DNA from: Patescibacteria group bacterium
GTDB taxonomy: Bacteria; Patescibacteriota; Microgenomatia; Levybacterales; UBA12049
Direction of reading: 5' to 3'
Assembly: GCA_038062115.1 (NCBI GenBank)
Contig: JBBTXS010000023.1
Span: forward strand, 1 to 38,377
DNA: 38,377 nt
Shown here one piece after another: positions 19,797-30,351 of the stretch. The stretch's first letter is position 1. Each line of letters opens with the position of its first letter. The notes beneath the pieces were generated by a model that ran no database searches, was not told the DNA's origin, and saw nothing but the letters and a program-made list of their open reading frames with translations. Both the position numbers and the translations under genes were made by a program.

Positions 19797-22358
19797 ATGG
19801 ACATAGGAAAGTTACAAAAAACAGAAATAACTTTAGAGATGAAGCGGGCGTATCTTGATTACGCAATGTCTGTTATAGTATCGCGAGCTTTGCCCGATGT
19901 AAAAGACGGGTTAAAACCGGTACACCGAAGAATTCTTTTTGCAATGCACGAGATGGGCTTAACCCATACAGCAAAATACGCAAAATCTGCAAAAGTAGTT
20001 GGAGAAGTAATGGGAAAGTATCACCCTCACGGAGATATACCTATTTATGATGCATTAGTAAGACTCGCGCAAAACTTTTCAATGAGATACCCGCTAGTTG
20101 ATGGACAGGGAAATTTTGGCTCTATGGATGGCGACCCGCCAGCCGCAATGAGATACACGGAGGCACGCTTAGCCGCCATAACTTCCGAAATGCTATTTGA
20201 TTTGGATAAAGAAACCGTAAATTACATAGATAATTTTGACGCCACTATCAAAGAGCCAGTTTTTCTTCCGGCAAAACTACCCAATCTCTTGTTGATGGGT
20301 TCAGAGGGTATTGCGGTTGGTATGGCAACTAAGATTCCTCCCCATAACCTAGCAGAAGTTATTGATGCCATTGTTTACATGATTGGAAAGACGAAATTTG
20401 ATACACCGCTCTCTGTCATTCCGAGCCCCGCTAAGCGGGGCGAGGAATCTCTTTCATCAAAGAACGGTGAAAAAGATCCCTCCGCTCTCCCGATAAAATC
20501 GGGATCGGTCGGGATGACATCGCATATAACCGTCGACGAACTCCTGCAGTTTATCAAAGGCCCAGACTTCCCAACAGCAGGTGCTATATACGACATAAGT
20601 GAAATAAGAAATGTTTACACTACTGGACGAGGCAGAGTGTTAATAAGAGGAAAAGCAGATATTGAGGATATTGGAAACGGAAAATCCGCGATTATTGTTA
20701 CAGAAATTCCTTATCAGGTAAATAAAGCCTTACTGGTTGCGCGCATTGCCGAGCTAGCTCGTGAGAAAAAAATCGAAGGAATCTCTGATCTTCGCGACGA
20801 ATCAGATAGACATGGAACAAGAATAGTTGTTGAGCTTAAAAGAGACGCTATACCTAAAAAAGTACTAAATAATTTGTTTAAACACACAAGTCTCCAAACA
20901 GTATTTTCTGCTAATATCGTTGCTTTGGTTGATGGAACACCTCAGACACTTAATCTTAAAACAATTCTTGAAGAATATTTAAAGCATAGATATCAGGTAG
21001 TTAGAAGACGCTCTGAATTTGAATTACGTCAGGCAAAAGCACGATTACATATTTTAGCGGGCTTAAAGATTGCTGTTGACAATATTGATGCTGTAATAAA
21101 AACCATACGTGGGTCAAAAGACCAAGAGGATGCCAAGAAAAATTTAATAGAAAAGTTCAAGTTATCAGACCTTCAGGCAACAGCAATTTTGGATATGCAG
21201 TTAAGACGCCTGGCTGCATTGGAAAGACAAAAAATAGAAGACGAATATGAAATGGTCAAAGAAACAATTGCTTACCTTGAAGATTTACTAGCCCATTCAG
21301 AAAAAATCCTAACAGTTATAAAAAATGAACTCGCAAATCTTAAGAATAAATACCAAGACGCAAGGCGAACTAAAGTCTTCAAAAGCAAAGTTGGGGAATT
21401 TTCCGACGAAGACCTTATCCAAAACGAACCAACCGTAATAACTCTGACAAATACTGGATATATAAAACGCCAAAGTCTAAATAGTTTTCGAGTCCAGCAT
21501 AGAGGCGGCAAAGGAGTAAGAGGAATGACCACTAAAGAGGAGGATGGTATTTTAAATATTCGCTACGCGCAAACCCACGACAATATCTTGTTTTTTACAA
21601 ATCGAGGGAAAGTGTATCAACTTAGAGCGTTTGAAATAGCAGAGTCTCAAAGAACCAGTAAAGGTACTGCTGTTGTTAATTTAATCAATATAGAACAAGG
21701 CGAAAAAGTTGAATCGTTTATTACATACCGAAACGAATCTTCCACCAAACACGTATTTCTTACAACTAAAAAAGGCACCGTTAAAAAGACAAAAGTATCG
21801 GAATTTGAAAACATTAGAAGAAATGGGATAGTAGCAATAAAACTTGAAAAAGACGATGAGCTTGCTTGGAGCATGTTAACAGATGCAAATCAGGATGTAA
21901 TTTTAGCAAGTCACGATGGAAAAGCAATAAGATTCTCAGAGAACTCTATTAGATCAATGGGCAGGAACACAATGGGGGTAAGAGGAATAAGGTTGGACCA
22001 GGGTGACCTCGTTATAAGCATGGATGTGATAGATAAAAACGCCAAAGTGGATTTGTTAACTATTATGGAAAATGGTCTTGGCAAAAAAACATCTGTTGAT
22101 CAATTTAGAGGACAAAGAAGAGGAGGGAAAGGAGTAAAAGTTGCCAAAGTAACGCCAAAAACAGGAAAGGTTGCTTTCGCTCAGGTAATTCCAGCCAATT
22201 GCCAAAATGTAATCATAACATCCAAAAGAGGCCAAGTCGTAAAACTCGAACTTTCCTCAGTGCCGAGGCGTTCCAGAAATACGCAGGGGGTATTCCTAAT
22301 GAGATTCTCAAATAAAGCAGCCGATCATGTAAGTTCCGCAACTTGCATTGAAGAATAA
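19797..22358 (+). CDS. gyrA: DNA gyrase subunit A
   Basis: [30 protein letters not shown], GyrA-box QHRGGKG, pinwheel CTD. Confidence 0.98.
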   Translation: MDIGKLQKTEITLEMKRAYLDYAMSVIVSRALPDVKDGLKPVHRRILFAMHEMGLTHTAKYAKSAKVVGEVMGKYHPHGDIPIYDALVRLAQNFSMRYPLVDGQGNFGSMDGDPPAAMRYTEARLAAITSEMLFDLDKETVNYIDNFDATIKEPVFLPAKLPNLLLMGSEGIAVGMATKIPPHNLAEVIDAIVYMIGKTKFDTPLSVIPSPAKRGEESLSSKNGEKDPSALPIKSGSVGMTSHITVDELLQFIKGPDFPTAGAIYDISEIRNVYTTGRGRVLIRGKADIEDIGNGKSAIIVTEIPYQVNKALLVARIAELAREKKIEGISDLRDESDRHGTRIVVELKRDAIPKKVLNNLFKHTSLQTVFSANIVALVDGTPQTLNLKTILEEYLKHRYQVVRRRSEFELRQAKARLHILAGLKIAVDNIDAVIKTIRGSKDQEDAKKNLIEKFKLSDLQATAILDMQLRRLAALERQKIEDEYEMVKETIAYLEDLLAHSEKILTVIKNELANLKNKYQDARRTKVFKSKVGEFSDEDLIQNEPTVITLTNTGYIKRQSLNSFRVQHRGGKGVRGMTTKEEDGILNIRYAQTHDNILFFTNRGKVYQLRAFEIAESQRTSKGTAVVNLINIEQGEKVESFITYRNESSTKHVFLTTKKGTVKKTKVSEFENIRRNGIVAIKLEKDDELAWSMLTDANQDVILASHDGKAIRFSENSIRSMGRNTMGVRGIRLDQGDLVISMDVIDKNAKVDLLTIMENGLGKKTSVDQFRGQRRGGKGVKVAKVTPKTGKVAFAQVIPANCQNVIITSKRGQVVKLELSSVPRRSRNTQGVFLMRFSNKAADHVSSATCIEE
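20414..20519. repeat. Family A palindrome, in-frame in gyrA
   Basis: TGTCATTCCGAG...GTCGGGATGACA; peptide [13 protein letters not shown]...SVGMT. Confidence 0.92.
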
Positions 22359-22377
22359 CGCCTGATATAATTTATAT

Positions 22378-23250
22378 ATGGATTCTGAACCAAAAGACTA
22401 CAGCAATCCCTTCATTGAGGAAAATGTTTTAGAAACAGTTATCGAGGATGATCCAGCAAGTGGATATAAAAAAATCCTTAAGCAATATCTTCTCAGACCA
22501 AGTTGGCCAGATTATCAAGAGGAAACATTCGTAGGACCTACCACCATGGATCGGAGGGTGCTGAGCTTAAGACAAGAGAAAATAACAGAAGTAGAACTGA
22601 AAAGAATACGTAATAATACTAAAATTTCTTTAGCGATCGGAGATGAAGGCATTGGCATAGTTTTTTCTCTAGTGCTTCCCGACAAAAAAGAGAGAACGAT
22701 CTTAACTACGGGTTTTGACAAGACAGGCAGGCTTTTTTCAGTGCTTTCTCACGCATTGCCTCGCCACCCTTTCCATCCACAAGAACAGCCGCAAAATAAA
22801 AACTCCGACGAACTTGAAAATCCTACCATAGAAATAGGAGGAAAAGATATAAGCATAAGGGATATTGCTAGAAGTCACGGAATGGATAATTTGGACGATA
22901 TAAAATGGGGAAATCCCATCGTCGCCGAATTTACAGACTTCGGTCCTACAGGATTTAGATACGATGTTTTACGTTCGGAACCAAAACAAACATCTCTAAC
23001 TCCTTATAATCAGGACTTTTCCTTAATGGAAAGAGAATTCAGACTGGAGCTAGAAAAAAAAACAGGTCTGCTGACGTTACGCCAACGACCATTAACACAA
23101 CCTTTCTTCACATGCACAGTAGCATTACCTTTTTCTATTTCTATGGAAAAAGTTACAGACCAATTAAAAGCACCTGGAAGAGAATGGAGAAATTTCTTTG
23201 ATCAAAATCGAATTAAGGCAGACTTTTCTCTTAAACAAAATGAAAATTGA
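22378..23250 (+). CDS. Hypothetical protein
   Basis: 290-aa ORF with no recognisable motif; extended -10 box upstream. Confidence 0.7.
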   Translation: MDSEPKDYSNPFIEENVLETVIEDDPASGYKKILKQYLLRPSWPDYQEETFVGPTTMDRRVLSLRQEKITEVELKRIRNNTKISLAIGDEGIGIVFSLVLPDKKERTILTTGFDKTGRLFSVLSHALPRHPFHPQEQPQNKNSDELENPTIEIGGKDISIRDIARSHGMDNLDDIKWGNPIVAEFTDFGPTGFRYDVLRSEPKQTSLTPYNQDFSLMEREFRLELEKKTGLLTLRQRPLTQPFFTCTVALPFSISMEKVTDQLKAPGREWRNFFDQNRIKADFSLKQNEN

Positions 23251-24121
23251 CGGAAGAAAAATTGCTGAAAAAATTTTAGAAGAATTAAAACTTAAAATTC
23301 AAAAACTAAACGCTATTCCTCACCTTGCCATAATTTTGATTGGCAACGACCCCGCATCAAAAACGTATGTCAAACAAAAAATACTAACCGCAGAAAAGAT
23401 TGGAATTAAAACCTCTTTATTTCAATATCCAAGTTCAGTCTCTATGAAAGATTTATTTGAACACTTAAATGATTTAAATCATTTAAATACGGTTCATGGA
23501 ATCATCGTCCAACAACCTTTACCTCCACACCTAAACCTTGAAAACATTATGCATGCAATCGATCCTAGAAAAGATGTTGATGGCTTTCACCCAAACTCTA
23601 AATTCCAATCTCCTATCGCTTTGGCGGTTTTTAAGATTTTGGGGGTAATCCGCGCAACACCTCGGATGGTGGCGAGGCAGCGACCTCGACTCCTCCGAGG
23701 TGGATTTAAGAAATGGTTAAACTCCCAAAAAATCGTTGTCATTGGCAAAGGAGAAACTGGCGGCAAACCAATAATTAATATGCTTAAACAAATGGGCATT
23801 GAACCAGTAGTAATTGATAGTAAAACCAAAAATCCAGAACAGCTTACAAAAAAAGCAGATATTATAATTAGCGCTGTTGGCAAACCGAATGCTATAAAAC
23901 CAGAAATGATAAAAAAAGGAGTTATCTTAATTGGCGTTGGACTGCACAAGGGAAATGATGGAAAACTCCATGGAGATTACGAAGAAGAAAAAATTAAAAA
24001 CATCGCCTCCTTTTACACCCCAATCCCAGGCGGAGTCGGCCCAGTCAACGTCGCAATGCTCTTGGAAAATCTAGTCACCGCAGCGGAAAATTTTTACTTA
24101 TCGAAATCTACCGAAGCGTAG
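23240..24121 (+). CDS. folD: Methylenetetrahydrofolate dehydrogenase/cyclohydrolase
   Basis: MKIDGRKIA, DPASKTYV, HGIIVQQPLP, KDVDGFHP, TPIPGGVGP. Confidence 0.95.
   Translation: MKIDGRKIAEKILEELKLKIQKLNAIPHLAIILIGNDPASKTYVKQKILTAEKIGIKTSLFQYPSSVSMKDLFEHLNDLNHLNTVHGIIVQQPLPPHLNLENIMHAIDPRKDVDGFHPNSKFQSPIALAVFKILGVIRATPRMVARQRPRLLRGGFKKWLNSQKIVVIGKGETGGKPIINMLKQMGIEPVVIDSKTKNPEQLTKKADIIISAVGKPNAIKPEMIKKGVILIGVGLHKGNDGKLHGDYEEEKIKNIASFYTPIPGGVGPVNVAMLLENLVTAAENFYLSKSTEA
23647..23706. repeat. Family C element (60 bp), in-frame in folD
   Basis: GCAACACCTCGGATGGTGG...GACTCCTCCGAGGTGGATT; peptide IRATPRMVARQRPRLLRGGF. Confidence 0.85.
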
Positions 24122-24165
24122 ATACATTAACGATACGGGATCGTTACAGATATAACACTTCTGTA
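24109..24165 (-). repeat. Family B 57-bp palindrome overlapping the folD stop
   Basis: TACCGAAGCGTAGATACATTAACGATACGGGATCGTTACAGATATAACACTTCTGTA. Confidence 0.92.
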
Positions 24166-24177
24166 TGCTTTTCCTCA

Positions 24178-24206
24178 TTGACACTAAATGTAATTTTGTG
24201 TAAAGT
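24178..24206 (+). promoter_or_regulatory. Sigma70-type promoter of the pyr operon
   Basis: TTGACA, 17 bp, TAAAGT. Confidence 0.6.
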
Positions 24207-24263
24207 AAAATCCCAGAGGTAAGAAAAACTCTGGTTTTTTTATGCCTTTAAAAGTTCACGGTT

Positions 24264-24351
24264 TGTCATTGCGAGGGAGTGAAGCGACCGAAGCAATCTC
24301 TCTCTATAAAACTGAGATTGCCACGCGAACTAAAGTTCGCTCGCAATGACA
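24264..24351. repeat. Family A palindrome in the pyrB leader
   Basis: TGTCATTGCGAG..GAAGCAATCTC..GAGATTGCCAC..CTCGCAATGACA. Confidence 0.92.
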
Positions 24352-24366
24352 CTTTTTAAAAAACTT

Positions 24367-25320
24367 ATGGATAAAATAAATGGCGACTTTAGAGAAAAAG
24401 ACATTATCTCCCTTGATCAATTTACGCAAAAAGACATAAAGATTTTGTTCTCCCAAGTTCCAAAGATGCGGACAATCGCATTAAAAGCAATGCCCTCAAA
24501 AATTATTGCTGGAAAAATCGTTGTTATACTTTTCTACGAACCATCAAGTCGCACATTTGGATCTTTTTCAACTGCGATAAAACAAATCGGCGGCCAAACA
24601 GTAGAAATCTTAAACCCCCAGCAATTCTCATCAGTTGTAAAAGGCGAAACATTCGAAGACACAATCAGAGTATTTGAAGCATACTCCGATGCAATTATAC
24701 TAAGACATCCAGAAAGAGGAACAGCCGCAGCCGCGTCTGACGCGGCAAAATGCGTGCCGATTATTAATGCTGGAGATGGGGTAGGAGAGCATCCAACCCA
24801 AGCGCTTCTTGACCTTTATACTATTTACGAAAAATTCAAAAGACTAGACAACCTAAACGTACTTGTTGCGGGAGACATGCTAAACGGCAGGACAGTACAT
24901 TCTTTAACAAGAGGCCTTGCCTTATATCCAAAAAATACGGTGTATCTGCTTTCCCCAGACGATCTCCGTTTATCTAGAAAAGACTATTCTAATTTCATAG
25001 GCCGCGGAGTGAAGCTTGTGGAAATAAACAGCGAAAATGACATTCCAAAAAACGCCCATGTTTGGTATTGGACAAGGGTTCAAAAAGAAAGATTTAAGAA
25101 TATAAAAGATTACGAAAAACTTAAAAATAAATTTGTTGTAAGTCAAAAGTTTTTAGAAAAGTATGCTGGAAAAAATACAATATTAATGCATCCTTTGCCA
25201 AGAGTAGGGGAAATACTAACTGAGGTTGATAATGATCCAAGAGCAGTTTACTTGCGATCTCAAATTAGAAATGGACTTTATGTGAGGATGGCGTTGTTGG
25301 CGTTGGTACTGGAGAGATAG
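24367..25320 (+). CDS. pyrB: Aspartate carbamoyltransferase catalytic subunit
   Basis: FYEPSSRT, KGETFEDT, INAGDG..EHPTQALLD, TRVQKER, MHPLPR; ATG 24346 lies inside the repeat so 24367 is preferred. Confidence 0.95.
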   Translation: MDKINGDFREKDIISLDQFTQKDIKILFSQVPKMRTIALKAMPSKIIAGKIVVILFYEPSSRTFGSFSTAIKQIGGQTVEILNPQQFSSVVKGETFEDTIRVFEAYSDAIILRHPERGTAAAASDAAKCVPIINAGDGVGEHPTQALLDLYTIYEKFKRLDNLNVLVAGDMLNGRTVHSLTRGLALYPKNTVYLLSPDDLRLSRKDYSNFIGRGVKLVEINSENDIPKNAHVWYWTRVQKERFKNIKDYEKLKNKFVVSQKFLEKYAGKNTILMHPLPRVGEILTEVDNDPRAVYLRSQIRNGLYVRMALLALVLER

Positions 25321-25323
25321 AAT

Positions 25324-25487
25324 AAATTCGAAGCACGAAATCCGAAATCCGAAACAAATTCGAATGACAAAAATACAAATTGCAAAAACTGTTTAGAGAA
25401 TTTGAAAATTTTCCGCCAAAGGCGGATCAGCCTCTGGCTGAGATTTTTGAAAATTGTTTCGAATTTCGATATTCGAATTTCGAATTT
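25324..25487. repeat. Heptamer-armed inverted-repeat element with a nested family E hairpin
   Basis: CGAAATC-type 7-mers on the left, ATTTCGA-type complements on the right. Confidence 0.8.
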
Positions 25488-25492
25488 TTATT

Positions 25493-26725
25493 ATGCTTGG
25501 TAAACTCATCTTAGAAGACGACTCAGAATTTAAAGGACAAAGTTTTGGTGCTCAAACAAGCACCGCTGGTGAGGTTGTTTTTTCAACTGGGATGGTAGGA
25601 TATCCGGAAAGTTTAACCGACCCCTCGTATCTTGGTCAAATATTAATTCTAACTTATCCTTTGATTGGAAATTATGGTGTTCCGGAAAAAAAATATTGGG
25701 AATCTGATAGTATTAAAGTATCTGGACTTATAGTTTCTAACTATATAGATACTCCATCTCATATTCAAAGTAAACAAACGTTAAGCGCTTGGTTAAAATC
25801 GGAAAAAATCCCAGCCCTAGAAATTACCGATACAAGGCTTTTGACTCAAAAAATAAGAACAAAAGGAACCATGCTTGGAAAAATCATCGTAGATGACCCT
25901 GAGCAAAGCCCTGCACCGTCTGGTGCGGGGCAAAATCGAAGGGTTGATGTCAACTTTTACGACCCCAACAAAGAAAACCTCGTTGCCAAAGTTTCTGTAA
26001 AAGTTCTCACAAAAAGTTCTCTACACAACTACCACACTACAGTGCGTGGTAGTTATGCAAGATCTATAAGAACTGGTTCTTTTAACAGAACTGTTCTTCT
26101 TATAGACTGCGGGGCAAAGAAAAATATAGAAAGATGTCTAATCAAAAGGGGGCTAAGAGTTATAACTGTACCATGGGATTTTGACCCATTTTCTAATGTC
26201 ATCGCGAGCGATCCGTCATCTGACGGAGAGCGTGGCGATCTCTCATTGCAAAAGAGATTGCTTCGTCGTTTCTCTCCTCGCAATGACAGATTAGGTTTTG
26301 ATGCCATTATTATCTCCAACGGTCCCGGTGATCCAAAAAAAGCTGACAAAACTATTCAAACTATCAAAAAAGCCGTAGGTAAAAAAATTCCAATTCTTGG
26401 AGTTTGTCTTGGCCATCAACTTCTAACTCTGGCTTTAGGCGGAGACACGCGCAAACTAAAATTCGGACACCGAAGTCAAAACCAACCATGTATTATGGCA
26501 AATTCTAATAGATGTTTTATCACTACTCAAAACCATGGGTTTGAAGTCTATAAAATTCCAAACGGATTTAAACCCTGGTTTGCCAACGCAAACGACGGCT
26601 CAAACGAAGGGATAATTCACGACAAACTTCCCATTATGTCTGTCCAGTTTCACCCAGAGGCAAATCCCGGACCAAATGATACAGAATGGATATTTGATTA
26701 TTTCCTGAACAGAATTAGGAAGTAA
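25493..26725 (+). CDS. carA: Carbamoyl-phosphate synthase small subunit
   Basis: GEVVFSTGMVGYPESLTDPSY, SNGPGDP, GVCLGHQ, QNHGF, VQFHPE. Confidence 0.97.
   Translation: MLGKLILEDDSEFKGQSFGAQTSTAGEVVFSTGMVGYPESLTDPSYLGQILILTYPLIGNYGVPEKKYWESDSIKVSGLIVSNYIDTPSHIQSKQTLSAWLKSEKIPALEITDTRLLTQKIRTKGTMLGKIIVDDPEQSPAPSGAGQNRRVDVNFYDPNKENLVAKVSVKVLTKSSLHNYHTTVRGSYARSIRTGSFNRTVLLIDCGAKKNIERCLIKRGLRVITVPWDFDPFSNVIASDPSSDGERGDLSLQKRLLRRFSPRNDRLGFDAIIISNGPGDPKKADKTIQTIKKAVGKKIPILGVCLGHQLLTLALGGDTRKLKFGHRSQNQPCIMANSNRCFITTQNHGFEVYKIPNGFKPWFANANDGSNEGIIHDKLPIMSVQFHPEANPGPNDTEWIFDYFLNRIRK
25897..25943. repeat. Nested short palindromes, in-frame in carA
   Basis: CCCTGAGCAAA[GCCCTGCACCGTCTGGTGCGGGGC]AAAATCGAAGGG; peptide PEQSPAPSGAGQNRR. 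Confidence 0.7.
26197..26288. repeat. Family A palindrome, in-frame in carA
   Basis: TGTCATCGCGAG...CTCGCAATGACA; peptide VIASDPSSDGERGDL...PRND. Confidence 0.92.
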
Positions 26726-26733
26726 GACGTATT

Positions 26734-26815
26734 TGTCATTGCGAGCGTAGCGAAGCAATCTCTTTGCGATTGGGATTGCTTCGTCTCCGCCAGCTGGCGG
26801 ATCCTCGCAATAACA
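26734..26815. repeat. Family A palindrome between carA and carB with nested TCCGCCAGCTGGCGGA
   Basis: TGTCATTGCGAG...CTCGCAATAACA. Confidence 0.9.
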
Positions 26816-26827
26816 CTTTAATAAAAT

Positions 26828-29800
26828 ATGAAAAATATGAAAAAAGTCCTCGTTTTAGGAAGCGGTGCACTCAAAATAGGAGAGGCTGGAGAATTTGATT
26901 ACTCTGGTTCTCAAGCAATCAAATCCCTAAAAGAGGAGGGGGTAAAAACCGTACTTGTTAATCCTAACATTGCGACCATCCAAACATCGAAATTCCTAAG
27001 CGACACTGTTTATTTCCTTCCAGTTAATAGTTTTTTTGTTGAGAAGATAATTGCAAAAGAAGAACCAGATGGAATTTTGCTGTCTTTTGGAGGGCAAACA
27101 GCTCTTAACTGCGGAATTGATCTGTATAAAAAGGGGGTATTGAAAAAAAATAAAGTTGAGGTTCTAGGTACTCCGATTTTAGGAATTATTTTGACAGAAG
27201 ATAGAAGTAAATTTGCAAATCATCTTCTAAAAATTGGCTTACCTATTCCAAAAAGTGGCGCTGCAAAAACCACAAAGAAAGCTTTAAAAATTGCACAAGA
27301 TATTGGATTTCCGGTAATGATAAGAGTAGGATTTGCGCTTGGAGGACAGGGATCGGGTGTGGCTCACAATAAAGAAGAACTTCAAGAAATCGTTAATCGT
27401 GCTTTATTATTTGCTCCTCAGGTCTTAATTGAAAAGTATCTGCATCATTATAAAGAAATCGAATACGAAGTGGTTCGCGATAAATACGACAACTGTATTA
27501 CTGTTTGCAATATGGAAAACATGGATCCTATGGGAATTCACACTGGTGAATCTATTGTTGTTGCGCCTTCCCAAACGCTTAATAATTTTGAATATCAAAC
27601 TCTTCGGAATGCCGCGATTAAAATTGTAAGAAGCCTTAATATAATAGGGGAGTGCAATGTGCAATTCGCCCTCAATCCAAATCCCAAATCCCAAATCACA
27701 AATTCCAAACAAATTCAAAATTCTAATGACAAGAATCCAAAACGTTTTGAACATTTGGATTTTGAAAATTCGAATTTATTTGGAAATTGGAAATTGGAAA
27801 TTGGAAATTCTCCTTTGGAGTATTACGTCATCGAAGTCAATGCCAGACTTTCCCGCAGTTCTGCTCTAGCCAGCAAAGCAACTGGCTATCCACTTGCCTA
27901 TGTTGCTGCTAAATTAGCAATAGGCGCAAATCTAACAGAAATAAAAAACAAAGTTACCCAGAAAACACAATCTTGTTTTGAGCCGGCTTTAGATTACATA
28001 GTGGTGAAAATTCCAAGGTGGGATATCGAAAAATTCAAAGGCGCTGATGAGAAAATAGGAAGCAGCATGAAGTCGGTCGGTGAAGTTATGGGAATTGGAC
28101 GAAGGTTTGAAGAGGCGTATCAAAAGGCAATAAGAATGCTTGATCTTGATTTTGAAGGCGCAACAAGCAAACTTCTTCTTAAAGACGGAAACTCTATCGC
28201 CAGCCTTCTTGAATTCCCAACTCCCAAACGCATTTTTGCCATAGCAGAGGCAATAAGGCAAAATATCTCAATTGAAAAAATCTATAAGCTTACAGGTATA
28301 GATCCATGGTTTTTGTATAGAATAAAAAATATTGTAGATGAGGAGAAAATGTTAATGTCATCCCGAGGAGTCCCGCTCAGCGGGACGACGAGGGATCCCC
28401 TGAAGTTCAGTATTATCAAATCTCATTTACTAATACTCAAGCGCCTTGGATTTTCCGATAGGAAAATCGGCGAGCTTGTTGGAACTTCAGGACTTGAAAT
28501 AAGAAAACTTCGCAAAAAATACGGCGTCACTCCCTCAATATTTAGCATAGATAGTCTGGCAGGAGAATTTGAAGCAAAAACTAATTATCTTTATCTTACC
28601 TATAACGGCAATCACCACGATATTAAACCTTTAGGCAAAAATGGTGTTGTTGTCTTGGGTTCAGGCCCCTATCGAATTGGATCATCAGTTGAGTTTGACT
28701 GGACAAGCGTTAATACAGCTTTGCGTCTTAAAGATGATAATAAGAAATCAATTATTATTAATTGTAACCCAGAAACTGTCTCAACCGATTATGACATTTC
28801 TGATAGGTTATACTTTGAAGAACTCACATTTGAGCGAATTGCAGATATATACGAGTTTGAAAACCCTTATGGCGTTATTATATCTGTTGGCGGACAAACA
28901 CCTAACAACAGAGCAGAGTCTCTAAAGGCTCAGGGATTTAATGTCTTAGGCACCGATCCAAAAAATATTGATAGGGCAGAGGATAGAAGTAAATTCAGTA
29001 AACTCTTGGATAAACTAAACATTTCTCAGCCCGCATGGGAAAAGGTGTCTACACTCAAACAAGCAATCGCCTTTTGCTCCCGCGTTTCATATCCGGTTCT
29101 AATTAGACCTTCTTTTGTTCTTTCCGGGACCCTAATGCGCATTTGCCACAATCAAGACGATCTAACTCGCATAATCAAAGAAACTGCAATTGTTTCAAAA
29201 GATTATCCCTTAACTATTTCTAAGTTTATAGGGGATGCCAAAGAGATAGAGCTTGATAGTGTTGCTAGCAATGGCAAAATTATTACCTCTGTAATATCTG
29301 AACACATAGAGAACGCAGGCGTTCACTCGGGAGATGCTACTATTGTATTGCCTCCTCAAAAAGTTTATATAGAAACTCAAATCAAAATCGAAGAAATAGG
29401 CAAGAAAATCGCCAAAGAATTAAGAGTTAGTGGCCCATTCAATATACAGTTTTTGGCAAAAGATAACCAAATACAAGTCATCGAAGTAAATCTTCGCGCG
29501 TCCCGAACTTTTCCTTTTATTTCGAAAGTAACAGGAATAGATTTGATAAAATTATCTGTCGATTCATTTTTTAGTCTCAATCACCGTATTTATTCTTCGA
29601 GCGAAGTGCGAAGCACGCAGTCGAGAAGTTCTCGATTCGCTAACGCTCTCTCGAACAATATTAACTTCGTCGCTGTCAAAGCTGCCCAGTTTTCATTTGC
29701 CAGATTAACTGGCGCTGATCCAATATTACACGTTGAGATGGCATCAACTGGCGAGGTTGCGTGTTTTGGAGAAGATTTAGAGGAAGCATTTCTAAAGGCT

Positions 29801-30235
29801 GAGCTTGCGGTTGGAGGAAAAATTCCAAAAAAAGGAATATTTGTAAGCCTTGGCGGAGAAGAAAATAAAATTAAATTCTTGGAATCTGCAATAAGTCTTA
29901 CGAAACTTAATCTTCCAATCTTTGCGACGGAAAAAACAGCAAAATTCTTAAAAAATCATGGTGTAATCACAAAACATCTTTACAAAATCCAGGAAAAAAA
30001 ATCACCAAATGTGCTTGAGTCTTTCCAAAACGGAAAAGTGGATTTGGCTATCAATTTAGTCGAGACTCAACTCCAAAAAGACGAAGGAGACCATTATACC
30101 ATCAGACGAGCGGCAATCGACCACAATATTCCTCTTTTTACCAACAGACAAAAAGCGCAGCTTTTTGTAAGAGCAATTACTTCGCTAAAGCTTGAGGATC
30201 TAAAAATTAAACCCTGGAGCGAATATATTTCTTAA
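26828..30235 (+). CDS. carB: Carbamoyl-phosphate synthase large subunit
   Basis: GEAGEFDYSGSQA, GIHTGES, IEVNARLSRSSALASKATGYP, GSSVEFDW, GVHSGDA, MGS domain. Confidence 0.98.
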   Translation: MKNMKKVLVLGSGALKIGEAGEFDYSGSQAIKSLKEEGVKTVLVNPNIATIQTSKFLSDTVYFLPVNSFFVEKIIAKEEPDGILLSFGGQTALNCGIDLYKKGVLKKNKVEVLGTPILGIILTEDRSKFANHLLKIGLPIPKSGAAKTTKKALKIAQDIGFPVMIRVGFALGGQGSGVAHNKEELQEIVNRALLFAPQVLIEKYLHHYKEIEYEVVRDKYDNCITVCNMENMDPMGIHTGESIVVAPSQTLNNFEYQTLRNAAIKIVRSLNIIGECNVQFALNPNPKSQITNSKQIQNSNDKNPKRFEHLDFENSNLFGNWKLEIGNSPLEYYVIEVNARLSRSSALASKATGYPLAYVAAKLAIGANLTEIKNKVTQKTQSCFEPALDYIVVKIPRWDIEKFKGADEKIGSSMKSVGEVMGIGRRFEEAYQKAIRMLDLDFEGATSKLLLKDGNSIASLLEFPTPKRIFAIAEAIRQNISIEKIYKLTGIDPWFLYRIKNIVDEEKMLMSSRGVPLSGTTRDPLKFSIIKSHLLILKRLGFSDRKIGELVGTSGLEIRKLRKKYGVTPSIFSIDSLAGEFEAKTNYLYLTYNGNHHDIKPLGKNGVVVLGSGPYRIGSSVEFDWTSVNTALRLKDDNKKSIIINCNPETVSTDYDISDRLYFEELTFERIADIYEFENPYGVIISVGGQTPNNRAESLKAQGFNVLGTDPKNIDRAEDRSKFSKLLDKLNISQPAWEKVSTLKQAIAFCSRVSYPVLIRPSFVLSGTLMRICHNQDDLTRIIKETAIVSKDYPLTISKFIGDAKEIELDSVASNGKIITSVISEHIENAGVHSGDATIVLPPQKVYIETQIKIEEIGKKIAKELRVSGPFNIQFLAKDNQIQVIEVNLRASRTFPFISKVTGIDLIKLSVDSFFSLNHRIYSSSEVRSTQSRSSRFANALSNNINFVAVKAAQFSFARLTGADPILHVEMASTGEVACFGEDLEEAFLKAELAVGGKIPKKGIFVSLGGEENKIKFLESAISLTKLNLPIFATEKTAKFLKNHGVITKHLYKIQEKKSPNVLESFQNGKVDLAINLVETQLQKDEGDHYTIRRAAIDHNIPLFTNRQKAQLFVRAITSLKLEDLKIKPWSEYIS
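27679..27809. repeat. Heptamer-armed inverted-repeat element, in-frame in carB
   Basis: AAATCCC AAATCCC AAATCAC AAATTCC...(GGAAATT)x4. Confidence 0.88.
28356..28398. repeat. Half family A element, in-frame in carB
   Basis: TGTCATCCCGAGGAGTCCCGCTCAGCGGGACGACGAGGGATCC; peptide MSSRGVPLSGTTRDP. Confidence 0.8.
29591..29660. repeat. Family D palindrome, in-frame in carB
   Basis: TATTCTTCGAGCG..AGTCGAGAAGTTCTCGA..TCGAACAATA. Confidence 0.88.
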
Positions 30236-30349
30236 TTTCTAATTACTAATTCCTAATTTATAAACAATGACTAATGTTAAAATGCCTAATGCCTAAAGGC
30301 TTTAATTATTGGAATTTAATTAGTCATTAGATATTAAAAATTAGAAACT
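30233..30349. repeat. Degenerate heptamer-armed element between carB and pyrC
   Basis: TAATTTC TAATTAC TAATTCC...ATTAGTCATTAGATATTAAAAATTAGAAA. Confidence 0.65.
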
Positions 30350-30351
30350 TT

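Noticed and set aside
24220-24360. PyrR attenuator or riboswitch
   Set aside because: The structure is a family A repeat; no convincing PyrR attenuator or pyrR gene.
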